Positions 19,162 through 31,600 of a DNA stretch of 64,000 bases are shown here, piece after piece; the stretch's first letter is position 1; each line of letters starts with the position of its first letter. Made by a program: the position numbers and the translations under genes. This DNA comes from Bythopirellula sp. (GTDB taxonomy: Bacteria; Planctomycetota; Planctomycetia; Pirellulales; Lacipirellulaceae), in contig OZ244170.1 in NCBI GenBank assembly GCA_965216565.1, positions 672,001 to 736,000 on the forward strand. The letters are read 5' to 3'. The notes beneath the pieces were generated by a model. The model was not told the DNA's origin, did no database searches, and saw only the letters and a list, made by a program, of their open reading frames with translations.

Positions 19162-20303
19162 TCGGCCACACTTCCGTCGTCATGCCGCCATAGCGGATTA
19201 CGCCAATTGTGTCCCTGAGCAGCTTTTTCGCGGACAGTCTCTTCATTCACTTCTATGCCCAGTCCCGGTCCGGTTGGGATTGATACGGAGCCGTCGACAT
19301 AATTGAATACAGTCTTGTCAGTCAGGTAGTCCAATAAATCGTTATCTTGGTTGTAGTGAATGCCCAGACTCTGCTCTTGAATAAATGCGTTGTAGCAGGT
19401 TGCATCGATTTGCAAGCAAGCCGCCAAAGCAATCGGACCCAACGGACAGTGCGGTGCGGCCGCCACGTCATACGCCTCTGCCATGGAAATGATCTTCTTG
19501 CACTCTGTTATCCCACCCGCATGCGAAACATCGGGTTGAATGATGTCTACGGCCCCGCCGGCCAGTAGTTCCTTAAAATGCCAGCGGCTGAACATTCGTT
19601 CGCCGGTGGCGATAGGGATCGAGGTGAGGTTAGCAATTTCTCGCAAGGCCTCATTATTCTCAGGTAGCACTGGCTCTTCGATGAACATTGGATGAAACAC
19701 TTCCAGTTCCTTGGCCAGCACTTTAGCCATAGGCTTATGGAGCCTGCCATGGAAATCGATTCCTATGTCGACCGCGAATCCTACTGCATCGCGAATGGCA
19801 CCGACACGCTGGAGAACCCAATCAATTTTTCGATGGGTATCGACGATTTGCATTTCGTTGGTGCCGTTCATCTTCACTGCAGTAAACCCAATCTCCTGGG
19901 CCTCATGCACTGCTTTCGCGAGATCTGCCGAGGTATCGCCATTGACCCAAGAATAGACTTGAATTTTCTCGCGGGTTTTACCCCCCATGAGTTCGTAGAT
20001 AGGTACGCCAAATTTCTTCCCTTTAATGTCCCACAGCGCTTGATCAATGCCAGACAACGCACTCATGAACACGGGGCCACCGCGATAGAATCCACCTCGA
20101 TAAAGAGTATTCCAATGGCCTTCAATATCCGTAGGGTCCTGGCCGACGAGCGACTCCATCAATTCGTCGACCGCTGTTTTGACTGTATCCGCTTTGCCCT
20201 CAACAATCGGTTCTCCCCAGCCAGTGATGCCTTCGTCGGTCTCGACTTTGAGGAATAACCACCGAGGAGCGACCTTGAAGAGTTCGTAAGCTACGATTTT
20301 CAT
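19155..20303 (-). CDS. dgoD: D-galactonate dehydratase (enolase superfamily)
   Basis: 'PRWLFLKVETDEGITGWGEP', 'FYRGGP', 'DFHGRLHKPMAK', 'APHCPLGPIALAA', 'IQEQSLGIHYN', C-terminal 'WRNP.WRH.DGSVAEW'. Confidence 0.95.
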   Translation of the reverse strand: MKIVAYELFKVAPRWLFLKVETDEGITGWGEPIVEGKADTVKTAVDELMESLVGQDPTDIEGHWNTLYRGGFYRGGPVFMSALSGIDQALWDIKGKKFGVPIYELMGGKTREKIQVYSWVNGDTSADLAKAVHEAQEIGFTAVKMNGTNEMQIVDTHRKIDWVLQRVGAIRDAVGFAVDIGIDFHGRLHKPMAKVLAKELEVFHPMFIEEPVLPENNEALREIANLTSIPIATGERMFSRWHFKELLAGGAVDIIQPDVSHAGGITECKKIISMAEAYDVAAAPHCPLGPIALAACLQIDATCYNAFIQEQSLGIHYNQDNDLLDYLTDKTVFNYVDGSVSIPTGPGLGIEVNEETVREKAAQGHNWRNPLWRHDDGSVAEW

Positions 20304-20319
20304 GGAAAACTTCCTGCCG

Positions 20320-22089
20320 CTAGAGATCTAGCCTTTCGACATCTACAAATAAAGGGCCCGTAGCTAGTCGTTCAATCTTCAAATATGCATGGAAATTGCC
20401 TACGCCTTCAGGAAGCTCAACTTGCTGAAAGACTACTTTGGGTTGTCCCTTTTTTACTGGTGCTCTTAGGTGGACGTCTTTGAATTTGAGATGGGCAACT
20501 CCATCTGATTCGAGTGGAGGTAAATCGAGAGACACTTTGTATGACCCTCCCTCAACTCTCACACGCCAATGCCCGAGTTCATTTTCGGAGAGGACACGAG
20601 GTCCTCCCCAATCAAAACGGGAGAGGTTGACTCTAGGTTGGTCTTTGCTGCCTAAGTAGATTCGCTGAATACCTTTGGCATCACGCTCTTCGGTTACCTC
20701 GTCAAACCAACTTTCGTATCTGGCGAGCAGATTGTCGACCATCTCAGGATGCTCCTGGGCCACGTTGATTCGCTCGCTCGGGTCGTTCTCAACATCGTAG
20801 AGTTCCAAGGCAGCCAGAGTCCTCTTTAGCTCCTCATCGTCCGGCTGAAAGAGGATGTGATGAGGATCGTCGTGTGGGCTGACTAACTTAAACTTCTGAG
20901 TCCGCACAGCGAAGTGCATGTACTTAAAAGGGGTTGGGCCGTAGTGCATCTGGATATGGAATGCTCGTCCTTTATAGGGCTCGGATTCACCATTCCACAT
21001 AGGCAGTAGCGACATGCCATCCAATTTGGTGTTCTGCGGCGGTTTTATCCCGCACGCTTGGAGTATTGTGGGAAGCACATCGATTACCGTTCCCATCGTG
21101 CTATTCTTGACACCACTTGGCAACTTCTTCGGCCATCGCACGAAAAAGGGAACGCGAATTCCACACTCATAAACGCTTGTTTTTGTGCCTCGCAAATTGG
21201 CGACCCACCGTCCAGGATATACATCGTTCTTCGTGCGCCGATGCCGAGGTCCATTGTCGGAGAGGAATATAACAAGCGTATCGTCTTCCAGACCCAATTC
21301 TTTGAGCTTGTCGAGCACGCGACCAACGTTGTAGTCGATGCTATCGATCATGCCATAGGTCCGTGCATTATCCTCATGGAGACCCAATTGGCGATAAGGC
21401 TCTGCAAGTCGATCAGGCACTTCAAGGGGAAAGTGAGGTAGGTTTGTAGCTACGTAGGCCAAGAATGGTTTGTCGTCATTCTTGTTTTTGGTGATAAACT
21501 CCATCGCGGCGTCGGTAAAGATATCGTCGCAGTAGCCTTTAAACTTCTTGGGCTGATTGTTGTGCTCTAATATGGGATCAAAGTATGTATTCCCAGCGGG
21601 GCCTGCATCTTGTCCAATCCCGCCCCCCTTATGAACAAGTGCCTCTTGAAAACCTTGGTCGGTTGGCCGCATCGGACAATTATCCCCCAAGTGCCACTTG
21701 CCAAAAATTCCTGTTCTGTAACCGTGGCTTGATAAGATCTCTGCGATGGTAATTTCCGAAGCATTCATAAAGTGATCGACTTGTGTGACGGCCGTCACTC
21801 CCGTGCGATAAGGATATCTCCCTGTTAGGAGCGCGGCGCGAGTAGCTGAGCAATTGGGGTAGGCAAAGAAATGCGTCATTTCGAGCCCCTGTTCGCCAAT
21901 CGATTCGATGCGTGGAGTCTTTAGATGGGGGTTGCCATGAGCCCCAAGGTCTCCGTAGCCCTGATCGTCTGACATCATGATCACGATATTGGGCTTGGTT
22001 TGTGCCCACAGAACTTGGCCGACGCATGCCGTCGCTAGTGCCGCACAAATAGTCAGAGTTCGCATAATGTATTTGTGACTAGTTGTCAT
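20320..22089 (-). CDS. Exported S1 sulfatase (S1_17-like; candidate anhydrogalactose-2-sulfate sulfatase)
   Basis: Signal peptide, 'DDQGYGD', 'CSATRAALLTGRY', 'GKWHLGDN', 'HKGGGIGQ'. Subfamily is inferred from recalled motifs. Confidence 0.85.
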   Translation of the reverse strand: MTTSHKYIMRTLTICAALATACVGQVLWAQTKPNIVIMMSDDQGYGDLGAHGNPHLKTPRIESIGEQGLEMTHFFAYPNCSATRAALLTGRYPYRTGVTAVTQVDHFMNASEITIAEILSSHGYRTGIFGKWHLGDNCPMRPTDQGFQEALVHKGGGIGQDAGPAGNTYFDPILEHNNQPKKFKGYCDDIFTDAAMEFITKNKNDDKPFLAYVATNLPHFPLEVPDRLAEPYRQLGLHEDNARTYGMIDSIDYNVGRVLDKLKELGLEDDTLVIFLSDNGPRHRRTKNDVYPGRWVANLRGTKTSVYECGIRVPFFVRWPKKLPSGVKNSTMGTVIDVLPTILQACGIKPPQNTKLDGMSLLPMWNGESEPYKGRAFHIQMHYGPTPFKYMHFAVRTQKFKLVSPHDDPHHILFQPDDEELKRTLAALELYDVENDPSERINVAQEHPEMVDNLLARYESWFDEVTEERDAKGIQRIYLGSKDQPRVNLSRFDWGGPRVLSENELGHWRVRVEGGSYKVSLDLPPLESDGVAHLKFKDVHLRAPVKKGQPKVVFQQVELPEGVGNFHAYLKIERLATGPLFVDVERLDL

Positions 22090-22182
22090 GTTGCTGAGTG
22101 CGATGAAGAAACAACCTTAAAGAACAGAGTGCAACTCAAAAGACTTATTTCGAAGGCAAAACTATTACAAACGTGCTGTGTA

Positions 22183-24069
22183 CTACTGAGCCGGCTTATC
22201 TGTTTCAAACCTTGAATTCACCTTGCTAATTGAAGAATTGAGGATCTTCCCGTTAGTCCAATTAACGCGAACTTCAACGGGCCCCTCGTCTTCTCCTATT
22301 CCAAAATGAATGGAAGGGTTGAGGCTCCGGGAGTATGCGGCGCCGGACGATCCTACACGGCAAACCTTCTTCCTATCGCCATATTTGATAGATGCGGTAG
22401 CCCCCAAGGCCGATGCGGCTCCAGTTGGCGATTCGGCCACATCAATTTGAACGTAATTATTGCCGGTCGAACTTTGATTGCGATACAGATGCCATTTGCC
22501 GCGCTCATCACCAGTGAGAATATCAACTCGACCATCGCGGTTGTAATCGAGAGTCTCTACTCCCAAGCCGATGGCACCGAGTTCTGAGGATGCAATCTGA
22601 TGACGTGCGAGGGGAGTGAACTCAGTTCCACCCTGGTTGAGGCAAACGATCGCTGAATTTGTGTGGACGAGGTCGCCGCGACGAATGATTACAAGGTCTG
22701 AATAGCCATCGTTGTCGAAATCGGCGACCGCTGCCCCGGTGGTGTGCTGATTAGAGTGAAGATTGAGACGTTTACTCACATCTACGTAGGCTCCCTCTCT
22801 ATTTTCCAACAGGATGTCCCCAGGGCCCGGTGGATGGTCATATTTTTCATAGAACTTCACACCGCGCACAATCCCTGAGCTCGGGGCCCACATGTCACCT
22901 GCGAGACGCCATTTGTTGTTGCCTACGTAACCAAGGTAAGTCCCTTTCTTGTCAATACTATCCGGCCAGCCCAAGGCATCGCTGTTAACCATTCTGACAT
23001 CTCGACCAGAGTGAGTTTCGCCGGGAAACTCATATTCGTATGCGGATTCTCCGAGGTACAATTGCTTATGTGGCCATTGCGATTGGAGATTCTCGATGTT
23101 CAGCACATCACCAACCGCTAGATCTTCGAATCGGAAAGGTCCGCGTTTTGTAAAGAACCCCCATGTGTGCGTTGCTTCGTCGTAGAACGTTTCGCCGGCC
23201 TCAAATTCTTGCCCGCGAGTGAGGAATAGATCGAAATCTCCATCGTTGTCGTAGTCGATTTCAACGATGCAGGTCACGTGCTTGATAACAGGTATCACAG
23301 CGTCGGTGACTTCCTCAAAAGACAAATCTCCCCGGCCTTGGAAGGCTCGTACTCGGTCGTTGCCATAGAGAAGAAGGTCGACCACACCGTCCCCATTAAT
23401 ATCAGTTAACAAGGTTTTTTGACCGTCTTGTTTTACCGGAGGTAGGGTATCGGTGAGTTCGAAGTGCCCGCTGCCATCGTTTCTGTAGACGTAGTTTTCA
23501 CTTGTGCCTTTGTTCTCACGAGACGGGAAAGCAAAGTTCAATAGGTCGAGATCGCCATCCTTGTCACCATCAAAGAGTTTTACGGTCCGGCCTCGCATTC
23601 GTTGCAAAGGGAGAGCGAGCTCTGGCACCTCAGTAAATTCTCTTTGATGTGTCACTCGAAAAATCTTGGCATTGCGGGCATTCTCGCCGGCTCCCCCACC
23701 GCGGGAGATCACAATCTCGTGATTCCCATCCCGATCGATGTCGCCGATAGAAATTCCATGCAAATCGCCCATGATCAGATCGTAGGGCTTTGCAAATTTC
23801 CCTTTGTTGTTCCAACAAATTCGTACCCCAAAACCGTGGTCATTTAGCAGGAGATCAACGAATCCATCCTGGTCCAGATCTGCCACGACGGGTGCATCCC
23901 ATTTTCGCAAGTTTTTCTCTTCCCTAGGGAAGTCATCAAGTGCTTCTTCAAAATGGACCGCTTCATTGCTTACTACAGAGTCGTCACTAACAGTATTCGA
24001 GCTCAGACAGAGCGGTAGAAACGATGCCGATAAGATTGTTATCAAGAGTTGTGTGTGTTTTCGAAGCAC
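22183..24069 (-). CDS. Exported FG-GAP/VCBS-repeat protein with ASPIC/UnbV domain (CRTAC1-like)
   Basis: Signal peptide, multiple 'D.D.DG..DL' repeats, C-terminal 'HFGIG...V.V.W.NG'. Confidence 0.85.
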   Translation of the reverse strand: MLRKHTQLLITILSASFLPLCLSSNTVSDDSVVSNEAVHFEEALDDFPREEKNLRKWDAPVVADLDQDGFVDLLLNDHGFGVRICWNNKGKFAKPYDLIMGDLHGISIGDIDRDGNHEIVISRGGGAGENARNAKIFRVTHQREFTEVPELALPLQRMRGRTVKLFDGDKDGDLDLLNFAFPSRENKGTSENYVYRNDGSGHFELTDTLPPVKQDGQKTLLTDINGDGVVDLLLYGNDRVRAFQGRGDLSFEEVTDAVIPVIKHVTCIVEIDYDNDGDFDLFLTRGQEFEAGETFYDEATHTWGFFTKRGPFRFEDLAVGDVLNIENLQSQWPHKQLYLGESAYEYEFPGETHSGRDVRMVNSDALGWPDSIDKKGTYLGYVGNNKWRLAGDMWAPSSGIVRGVKFYEKYDHPPGPGDILLENREGAYVDVSKRLNLHSNQHTTGAAVADFDNDGYSDLVIIRRGDLVHTNSAIVCLNQGGTEFTPLARHQIASSELGAIGLGVETLDYNRDGRVDILTGDERGKWHLYRNQSSTGNNYVQIDVAESPTGAASALGATASIKYGDRKKVCRVGSSGAAYSRSLNPSIHFGIGEDEGPVEVRVNWTNGKILNSSISKVNSRFETDKPAQ

Positions 24070-26006
24070 TATTGGGTGTCCTGACTCACTGGAGTAACCT
24101 CTGCTCGGCCCACGCCTCTTTCCATGAGAGACTGGAGCTGATCAAGATATAGACTGTAAACATCTCGCGGTGTGCAGCTATGTTTTTTGCAGATAGAGGC
24201 TGCCATTCCGACCACTTCACCCATCATTCCGCAAGTTCGCATCACTCGCACTGCACCAAGTCCGCTTTGAGTGACGCTGATGTCTCGTCCTGCCATGAAC
24301 AAATTGTCGATGTTTCGACTGTAGAGACATCGGTAAGGCGCCCAATAAGGACCCTCGTAACGATACTCCTTGCCACGAGTGAAGGTAGAGAAAAAAGCGT
24401 CTTTGTCGTCTTGCTCGAAATAGTCTGGATGCGGAGCATGAATATCGATATGCCAAGTGCATGGGAACGCAGCATCTTCAAACACGGTCCCATTGCGAAA
24501 GTCATCTGCGGTTAGCACCACATCGCCCATCAAACGACGCGATTCTCGCTTGCCCGCAATAAAGGCTGCCCACTTCAGGCGGTGATTGGGAAACCGGCCG
24601 TCGACGTTCTTGAGTGTGTCCCACGCGCCATACATTGCTCGCAGGTTGAGGTCTCTAATTCTCTCTCCGTCAATAAACGGATCATCATTGAATCCCGACT
24701 CCCAAAACCAGGTCCCCAACTGTTTGTTTCCAGTTAGATTGAAAGTCTTCTGCCGGTGTCGTCCCGGGAAATCGACGTCGCTCAAGTCGACTGCCCACGG
24801 GCAACGAGGAAAAGGTTGAGGCTTGGCGGCAGGAGTGAAGTTGAGCGATAAGGTATCCTCAAAGTCTTCGCACAGACATTTTAGCTCGTGCTCTGTCTCT
24901 TCGGTTTCACCGAAGTCCCAAAGATTGGTGCTGCCCATGCGGCCCTTTTCAGCCAGTTCAAAGTCTGCACCAACAAGAGCGCCAAGTACGCCATCACCAG
25001 TAGAATCGAGAAACCAACGTCCCCGGATGCGTGTCCTGCGACCCGTGCGAATGTGTTGGGCCACTACCGAGATTATCTTTCCATCGGATTGCTCGGCTTG
25101 ATTAACGCGCTGCTCTAACAGCAGCGTTAGATTCGGCTCTGCTTGAGCCAGCTCAAGCTTGCGAAGATCGTCAAATGTCTTGTGTCCCTTCGGGTCCGGA
25201 TGGTCTTTCAATTTGCTGTAAGGAGCGATTTCGTTGACGACATCTCCCACCCGCGGATAGGGTTCATGGTTGGTAAAACCCTCGGGCCAGACTCTCACTT
25301 CGCTGCTGCCGTTGCCTCCCAGGACTGGGCGGTCTTGGATTAGCGCCACGTTCAAGCCTAATCGGGCTGCGGTAATGGCGGCACTCGTTCCTGCGATGCC
25401 TCCGCCCACTACGACTAGGTCGTACTTGCCGCCGTCACGTGACTCACTGTCCCAACCAAGGAATTTGCTCCGCAATGCCTTTAGTTCTTCGTCACTTTCA
25501 GGGGGGAGAAAGTCTTTCGCTTTGGAAAATAGAATGGCGTCGCAACGACCTTCAAATCCGGTGAGATCGTGAATTGCTAGTGTGGCTTTCTCACCAAGCT
25601 GCACCACACCTCCTTCCTGCCAGTGCCACTTAGCGCCTTCGGTGCCGAATATCTGTTCCAAAGGAACATCGTCAATAAGAAGTTGAAATCGCCCAGGTGC
25701 TCCAGATGCATCCCATGGTGCCACCCAATCTCGCGTCCGTACCCATACTCGGTATTCTCCAGGCGAGGGCACAGAGACTACAGTCCTGCCATCGGGCACA
25801 GGAACCCCCAGGCCGTGAGCAAGAACGAAAGGAGAGCCCATCTGATCCATGAACTGTTGATCGACGACCCAGCCTCCTAGGTCAGCAAATGATTCTGCTT
25901 CGACCAATATATGTTCGAGGGTCTCGTCAGCGTACGCACCTGCCGCACTTAGAAGGGCAATGCCAACAGATAGTTTCTTCAAAATGCTAGTAGCTACTGT
26001 GTACAT
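24069..26006 (-). CDS. Exported FAD-dependent oxidoreductase (FAD_oxidored-like)
   Basis: Signal peptide, 'DLVVVGGGIAG', 'LGGNGSSE', 'DSTGDG', 'KRESRRL', 'PYRCLYSRNIDNLFMAGR'. Confidence 0.85.
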   Translation of the reverse strand: MYTVATSILKKLSVGIALLSAAGAYADETLEHILVEAESFADLGGWVVDQQFMDQMGSPFVLAHGLGVPVPDGRTVVSVPSPGEYRVWVRTRDWVAPWDASGAPGRFQLLIDDVPLEQIFGTEGAKWHWQEGGVVQLGEKATLAIHDLTGFEGRCDAILFSKAKDFLPPESDEELKALRSKFLGWDSESRDGGKYDLVVVGGGIAGTSAAITAARLGLNVALIQDRPVLGGNGSSEVRVWPEGFTNHEPYPRVGDVVNEIAPYSKLKDHPDPKGHKTFDDLRKLELAQAEPNLTLLLEQRVNQAEQSDGKIISVVAQHIRTGRRTRIRGRWFLDSTGDGVLGALVGADFELAEKGRMGSTNLWDFGETEETEHELKCLCEDFEDTLSLNFTPAAKPQPFPRCPWAVDLSDVDFPGRHRQKTFNLTGNKQLGTWFWESGFNDDPFIDGERIRDLNLRAMYGAWDTLKNVDGRFPNHRLKWAAFIAGKRESRRLMGDVVLTADDFRNGTVFEDAAFPCTWHIDIHAPHPDYFEQDDKDAFFSTFTRGKEYRYEGPYWAPYRCLYSRNIDNLFMAGRDISVTQSGLGAVRVMRTCGMMGEVVGMAASICKKHSCTPRDVYSLYLDQLQSLMERGVGRAEVTPVSQDTQ

Positions 26007-26020
26007 AGATCGAAGGTGGG

Positions 26021-27917
26021 CTATTCGAATTGCCCCGCGCTAAAACTCTTGTTGATGGTGTTTATTTGAAGACTCTCTGTCTCTCCATTCGTCCATCTTA
26101 CAATCGCGCTATCGATGGTCTCACAATTACCGAGGCCCACATGGAGGTGGTTGTTTGCGCTATGGGAGTACGCTGCTGAGCTGGCTCCCACGGTACGTCG
26201 ATAGATTTTGCCGTCGGCTTCGAGTGTTAACATAGCTCCCTGCATCGGAGCCTCATTGGACGGTGATTTGCCAACTCTTATGACAACGTAGTTGGAACCC
26301 TCTGAGAAAGAACTCTGGTTCGTGAATAGATGCCAACGTCCTCGTTCGTTGCAGTAAATTAGGTCTAGATCTCCGTCACCATCGTAATCGAATGCCTCTG
26401 CACCTCCTCCAGTTGAACCAAGTTCTTGTGAGACGATGCCATGCTGCTGAGTACGTTGAAAGTACTTGCCATTCTGGTTGAGATACAGGATTTGTTGGTT
26501 CTGCGATGCGGGATTTCCTTGACGTACAACAAATAAGTCCGACCAACCATTGTTATCGAAGTCTCCTGCAACGGCGCTAGTGGTTTGCTCTGCTATGGAA
26601 ATACCCAATCGGGATGTAACGTCGACAAAAAATCCATCACGATTTTCCCACAACTGGGCAGGCAACTGCTTGGGTTGGGTCACTTGTGGATGGGACTTCA
26701 CGTTGTGGATGACGCCCGCGGTGGGAGACTTTGTATCGACCTTGATTCGCCAGAGGTCATTTCCTAGGTATCCGATGTAGAGCCCTTTGTCGCTCAGATC
26801 AGATGGCCAACCTTCTGACTCCTCGGGCTTAAGGGTGAAATCCTTGTGTCCATGACGGTCGACGGCGAATTCTAGTTTTCTTTTGTTAGCCCCGACAAAT
26901 ACATCGAAGTGGGGAAAGGCCATTTGAAGGTTCTCGAATATGAAGTCGCCCTCAATTTCCAAATCTTCGAAGAGAAACTCTTTGAACCGCATAAAAAAGG
27001 CAAACCGCGAATGTTCTTTGTCGTAGTGGGTCTTTCTTTCAAACGGATGATCTGCGCGAGTTAGAAACAGATCGTAATCACCATCGTTGTCGTAGTCGAT
27101 TTCCGCAATGCTACTAACAAAGCTGGTATTTTCGAGATTCGGTAACACCTCGGCAGTGGCGTCAGAGTAGGCGAGCCCCGTCTCTCCTCGGACGGCGACC
27201 ATGTTGTCTCCACCGTAGAAGATCAGATCAGAATCGTCGTCATTATTGAAATCTGTAACCAGCGTCCTAAAGCCCATCCACTTCGCCACAGGAAGCTTGG
27301 TAACAAACTCGAATTCTCCCGGTCCGGTGTTCTTGAATAGGTCGTTCGCTCCTTGAGTTTGTGTCTTGAGCGGAAAAGCGGAGAGGACAAGATCGAGAGT
27401 GCCATTGTTATCGCCGTCAATAAACTTAACTGCCCTGCCGCGCGAACGCTCGAAATGGGCGAACTCTTCGCCCCCCTCGATCGTACGATCACGGTTAACT
27501 TGAAATGTTACAGGATTGCGGGGGTTCTTGCCGTCACCGCCACCACGAGAAACGATCAGATCGATGCGGCCATCCTGGTCGTAGTCGCCTGCAGCTACTC
27601 CGTGCGTATCGCCCTGAACGACATCTACCGGCTGGGAGAATGTGCCGTTGTCGTTCCAATACAAACGAGCGCGATAGGAGTGATCTGTAAGTAGAAGGTC
27701 TAAGAGTCCGTCTTGATCCAGATCGGCAACTAGCGGATGATCCCACTTACGCCTTGAGCGATCTTCCAGCGGTATGACTCCCTCCACTTCGCGAAAAGTG
27801 ACCGAGGAATCAATCAATGACGAATCAGCACTATCAACCGCCGCTAGGGGTCCAGCAGATAGAATTACGATGGTGCCAAAGGCAATCGCAGATACAATTC
27901 GTCCGCTGGCGAACTTA

Positions 27918-27943
<26 letters not shown>
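26021..27943 (-). CDS. Exported FG-GAP/VCBS-repeat protein with ASPIC/UnbV domain (paralog of 22183-24069)
   Basis: Shared 'RKWD.P.VADLDQDG..DLLL.DH' and 'EIDYDNDGD.DLFLTR' motifs, C-terminal 'HVGLG...VRWTNG'. Confidence 0.85.
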
Positions 27944-29534
<1,591 letters not shown>

Positions 29535-29570
29535 AATCTCATCAGCTTCATTGTTCAGTTGTGAAAATTC

Positions 29571-31553
29571 TTACCACACGATGGGGACAAACACTGTCAT
29601 CTCGGCGAGTCCCCGATTACTCCATGCAAAGTAAGGGACCAGTTCTGTTTTGTATTTTTCCCACTCCGGCTTACTTACGGTGTGGTACATCCCCTTCGCC
29701 TGATCTCGACGCAGCAATAATTCTCCACGAATCGTGGAGACGCCTCCTAGGAAATCGGGGCGATGATTCACTTCCAACTCTGCATCTCCAGATAAATAGA
29801 CATCCAAGATCGAAGTGTCTTCAGGCAAATCGGGCGATTCCACACAATAGACAATTGGCCCGCGCTTGATAGCGACCTGATTGCGCACCTCTTCGATACG
29901 GGGATGGCCTTCGACGAGGTGGATACTCATTGGCATTACGATAGTGATCTCATCGCCCGGTTGCCAAGTTCGCTCTAACCTTGCAAAAGTTCCCGGAACA
30001 ACCTCTGTAATAAGATCCTGGCCGTTGACCTGAATTCGAGTTTCCTCAGCCCAAGCGGGAATACGCAGTAAGATTTCGAAGGGTGAGTCTTTGCATTCGT
30101 CAATTGTAAGTTTGACCTCGCCATCCCAAGGATAGTCGGTCTCTTGTTTCAATTTGAGTGCGGAGCCATCCAAAAGAGTCGTGTCTAGTTGATTTCCACC
30201 ATACAAGTTCACCGCTACGCCGTTGTCCGTGAGGCTGTATGCCCAGCCAGAGACCTTGGCGATGGTTCTAGCCAGATTGGGAGGACAGCAAAAACATTCG
30301 ATATAAGGTTCTCGGTCAGCCGACTCGGTGCAGTCGCAATGGTCGCTGTATTCTCGCTGCCCGTAATTCATGCGTAGCGGGTTGGCATAGAAGTATTTTT
30401 TGCCGTCCACGCTAATGCCTACCAAGGCACTGTTGTAGAGCACAAGTTCCATCATGTCGGCATACTTGGCATCGCCCTTGATACTTAGCATTCGCCAATT
30501 GAACATCGCACCGGCAATGTTGGCGCACGTTTCGTTGTACGAAGTTGAGTTGGGCATCAGGTAATCATCAACAAAACCTTCGTGCACCATATTTTGATCG
30601 TCGTAGGCTCCGTGATGCAGCTGCCCGAAGGCCCCGGTTAGATACATCTTTTTTTCGAAAGCGCTAGCCCAAATTCTGTCCAGCGATTCAGCCAATGCCT
30701 GCTCGCCCGTTTCGGCATAGACGTCAGCCGCCCCGCAATACAGATAGAAACCCGTCACTGCATGACCAACAGCCTCGGTCTCTTCGCGCAATGGAGTTTT
30801 ATTCTGGCACTGCGCCCCAGTGAACCAATAAGGAACACTCGGGTGCAATTCGACCGGTGCTGAACCTCGCATGTCGACAAATACCTCGGCAAGCTCTAAG
30901 TATTTCTCGTCTTTCGTCGTTCGGTACAACTCCACTAACGACATAATCTGCGACGGATTGAAGCCAAAACGTGCCAGCTCTTCAGGCTTTGGTTGAAAAA
31001 CTGAGTACAGATAGTCGGCATGCTTGATGGCGATATCCAGCCAATTAGTTTTGCCCGTGATGCGATGATGAATACATCCGCCAGTAATCAAGTGGCCACT
31101 ATTATAGAGTTCGTGATTTGTGACCTGCGACCAGCGCTCAAGTCCGTTGATTTGAGCATGCGTATGCAGGTAGCCATCGTCTTGCTGGGCCTGTGCGATG
31201 ACCTTGAGAATCTCGTCCAATTCGGCGACGATCTTTTGATCGTTGTTCAAGGCGTAGACGTATAGGTAGGCTTCCATCCATTTGTAGAAGTCCCCATCGT
31301 GCCAGAGCATTCCCTTGGCTTCGCCTTCCTGGAGACCAGCTGCAATCTTAAAATTGTTGTAAGCGTGTCCTACATCGCCTTTGAGAAGAGTCCCCATATG
31401 GGGCACGATCACTTCCTCGGAGAGCCTCTGTTTGTCGGCCCAAAAGCCATCGGTCCAATTGCAATCACCAAAATTGATGCTTCGGAGGCGAACATGCGGA
31501 CTCTCTGAGTTGCGCGTGATTGCACGATCATGAACAACTTGTGTTTCAGTCAT
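29571..31553 (-). CDS. GH127 glycoside hydrolase; candidate alpha-1,3-(3,6-anhydro)-D-galactosidase, no signal peptide
   Basis: 'DGDFYKWMEA', 'HELYN.GHL', 'GHAV', 'YNETCANI', 'CFCCPPN'. ATG 31553 follows a GAGGAG RBS. Specificity inferred from context. Confidence 0.88.
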   Translation of the reverse strand: MTETQVVHDRAITRNSESPHVRLRSINFGDCNWTDGFWADKQRLSEEVIVPHMGTLLKGDVGHAYNNFKIAAGLQEGEAKGMLWHDGDFYKWMEAYLYVYALNNDQKIVAELDEILKVIAQAQQDDGYLHTHAQINGLERWSQVTNHELYNSGHLITGGCIHHRITGKTNWLDIAIKHADYLYSVFQPKPEELARFGFNPSQIMSLVELYRTTKDEKYLELAEVFVDMRGSAPVELHPSVPYWFTGAQCQNKTPLREETEAVGHAVTGFYLYCGAADVYAETGEQALAESLDRIWASAFEKKMYLTGAFGQLHHGAYDDQNMVHEGFVDDYLMPNSTSYNETCANIAGAMFNWRMLSIKGDAKYADMMELVLYNSALVGISVDGKKYFYANPLRMNYGQREYSDHCDCTESADREPYIECFCCPPNLARTIAKVSGWAYSLTDNGVAVNLYGGNQLDTTLLDGSALKLKQETDYPWDGEVKLTIDECKDSPFEILLRIPAWAEETRIQVNGQDLITEVVPGTFARLERTWQPGDEITIVMPMSIHLVEGHPRIEEVRNQVAIKRGPIVYCVESPDLPEDTSILDVYLSGDAELEVNHRPDFLGGVSTIRGELLLRRDQAKGMYHTVSKPEWEKYKTELVPYFAWSNRGLAEMTVFVPIVW

Positions 31554-31600
31554 GAGCCAGTTGCTCCTCGATTGCAATGTGAATTGGTAAAGACATCTTA

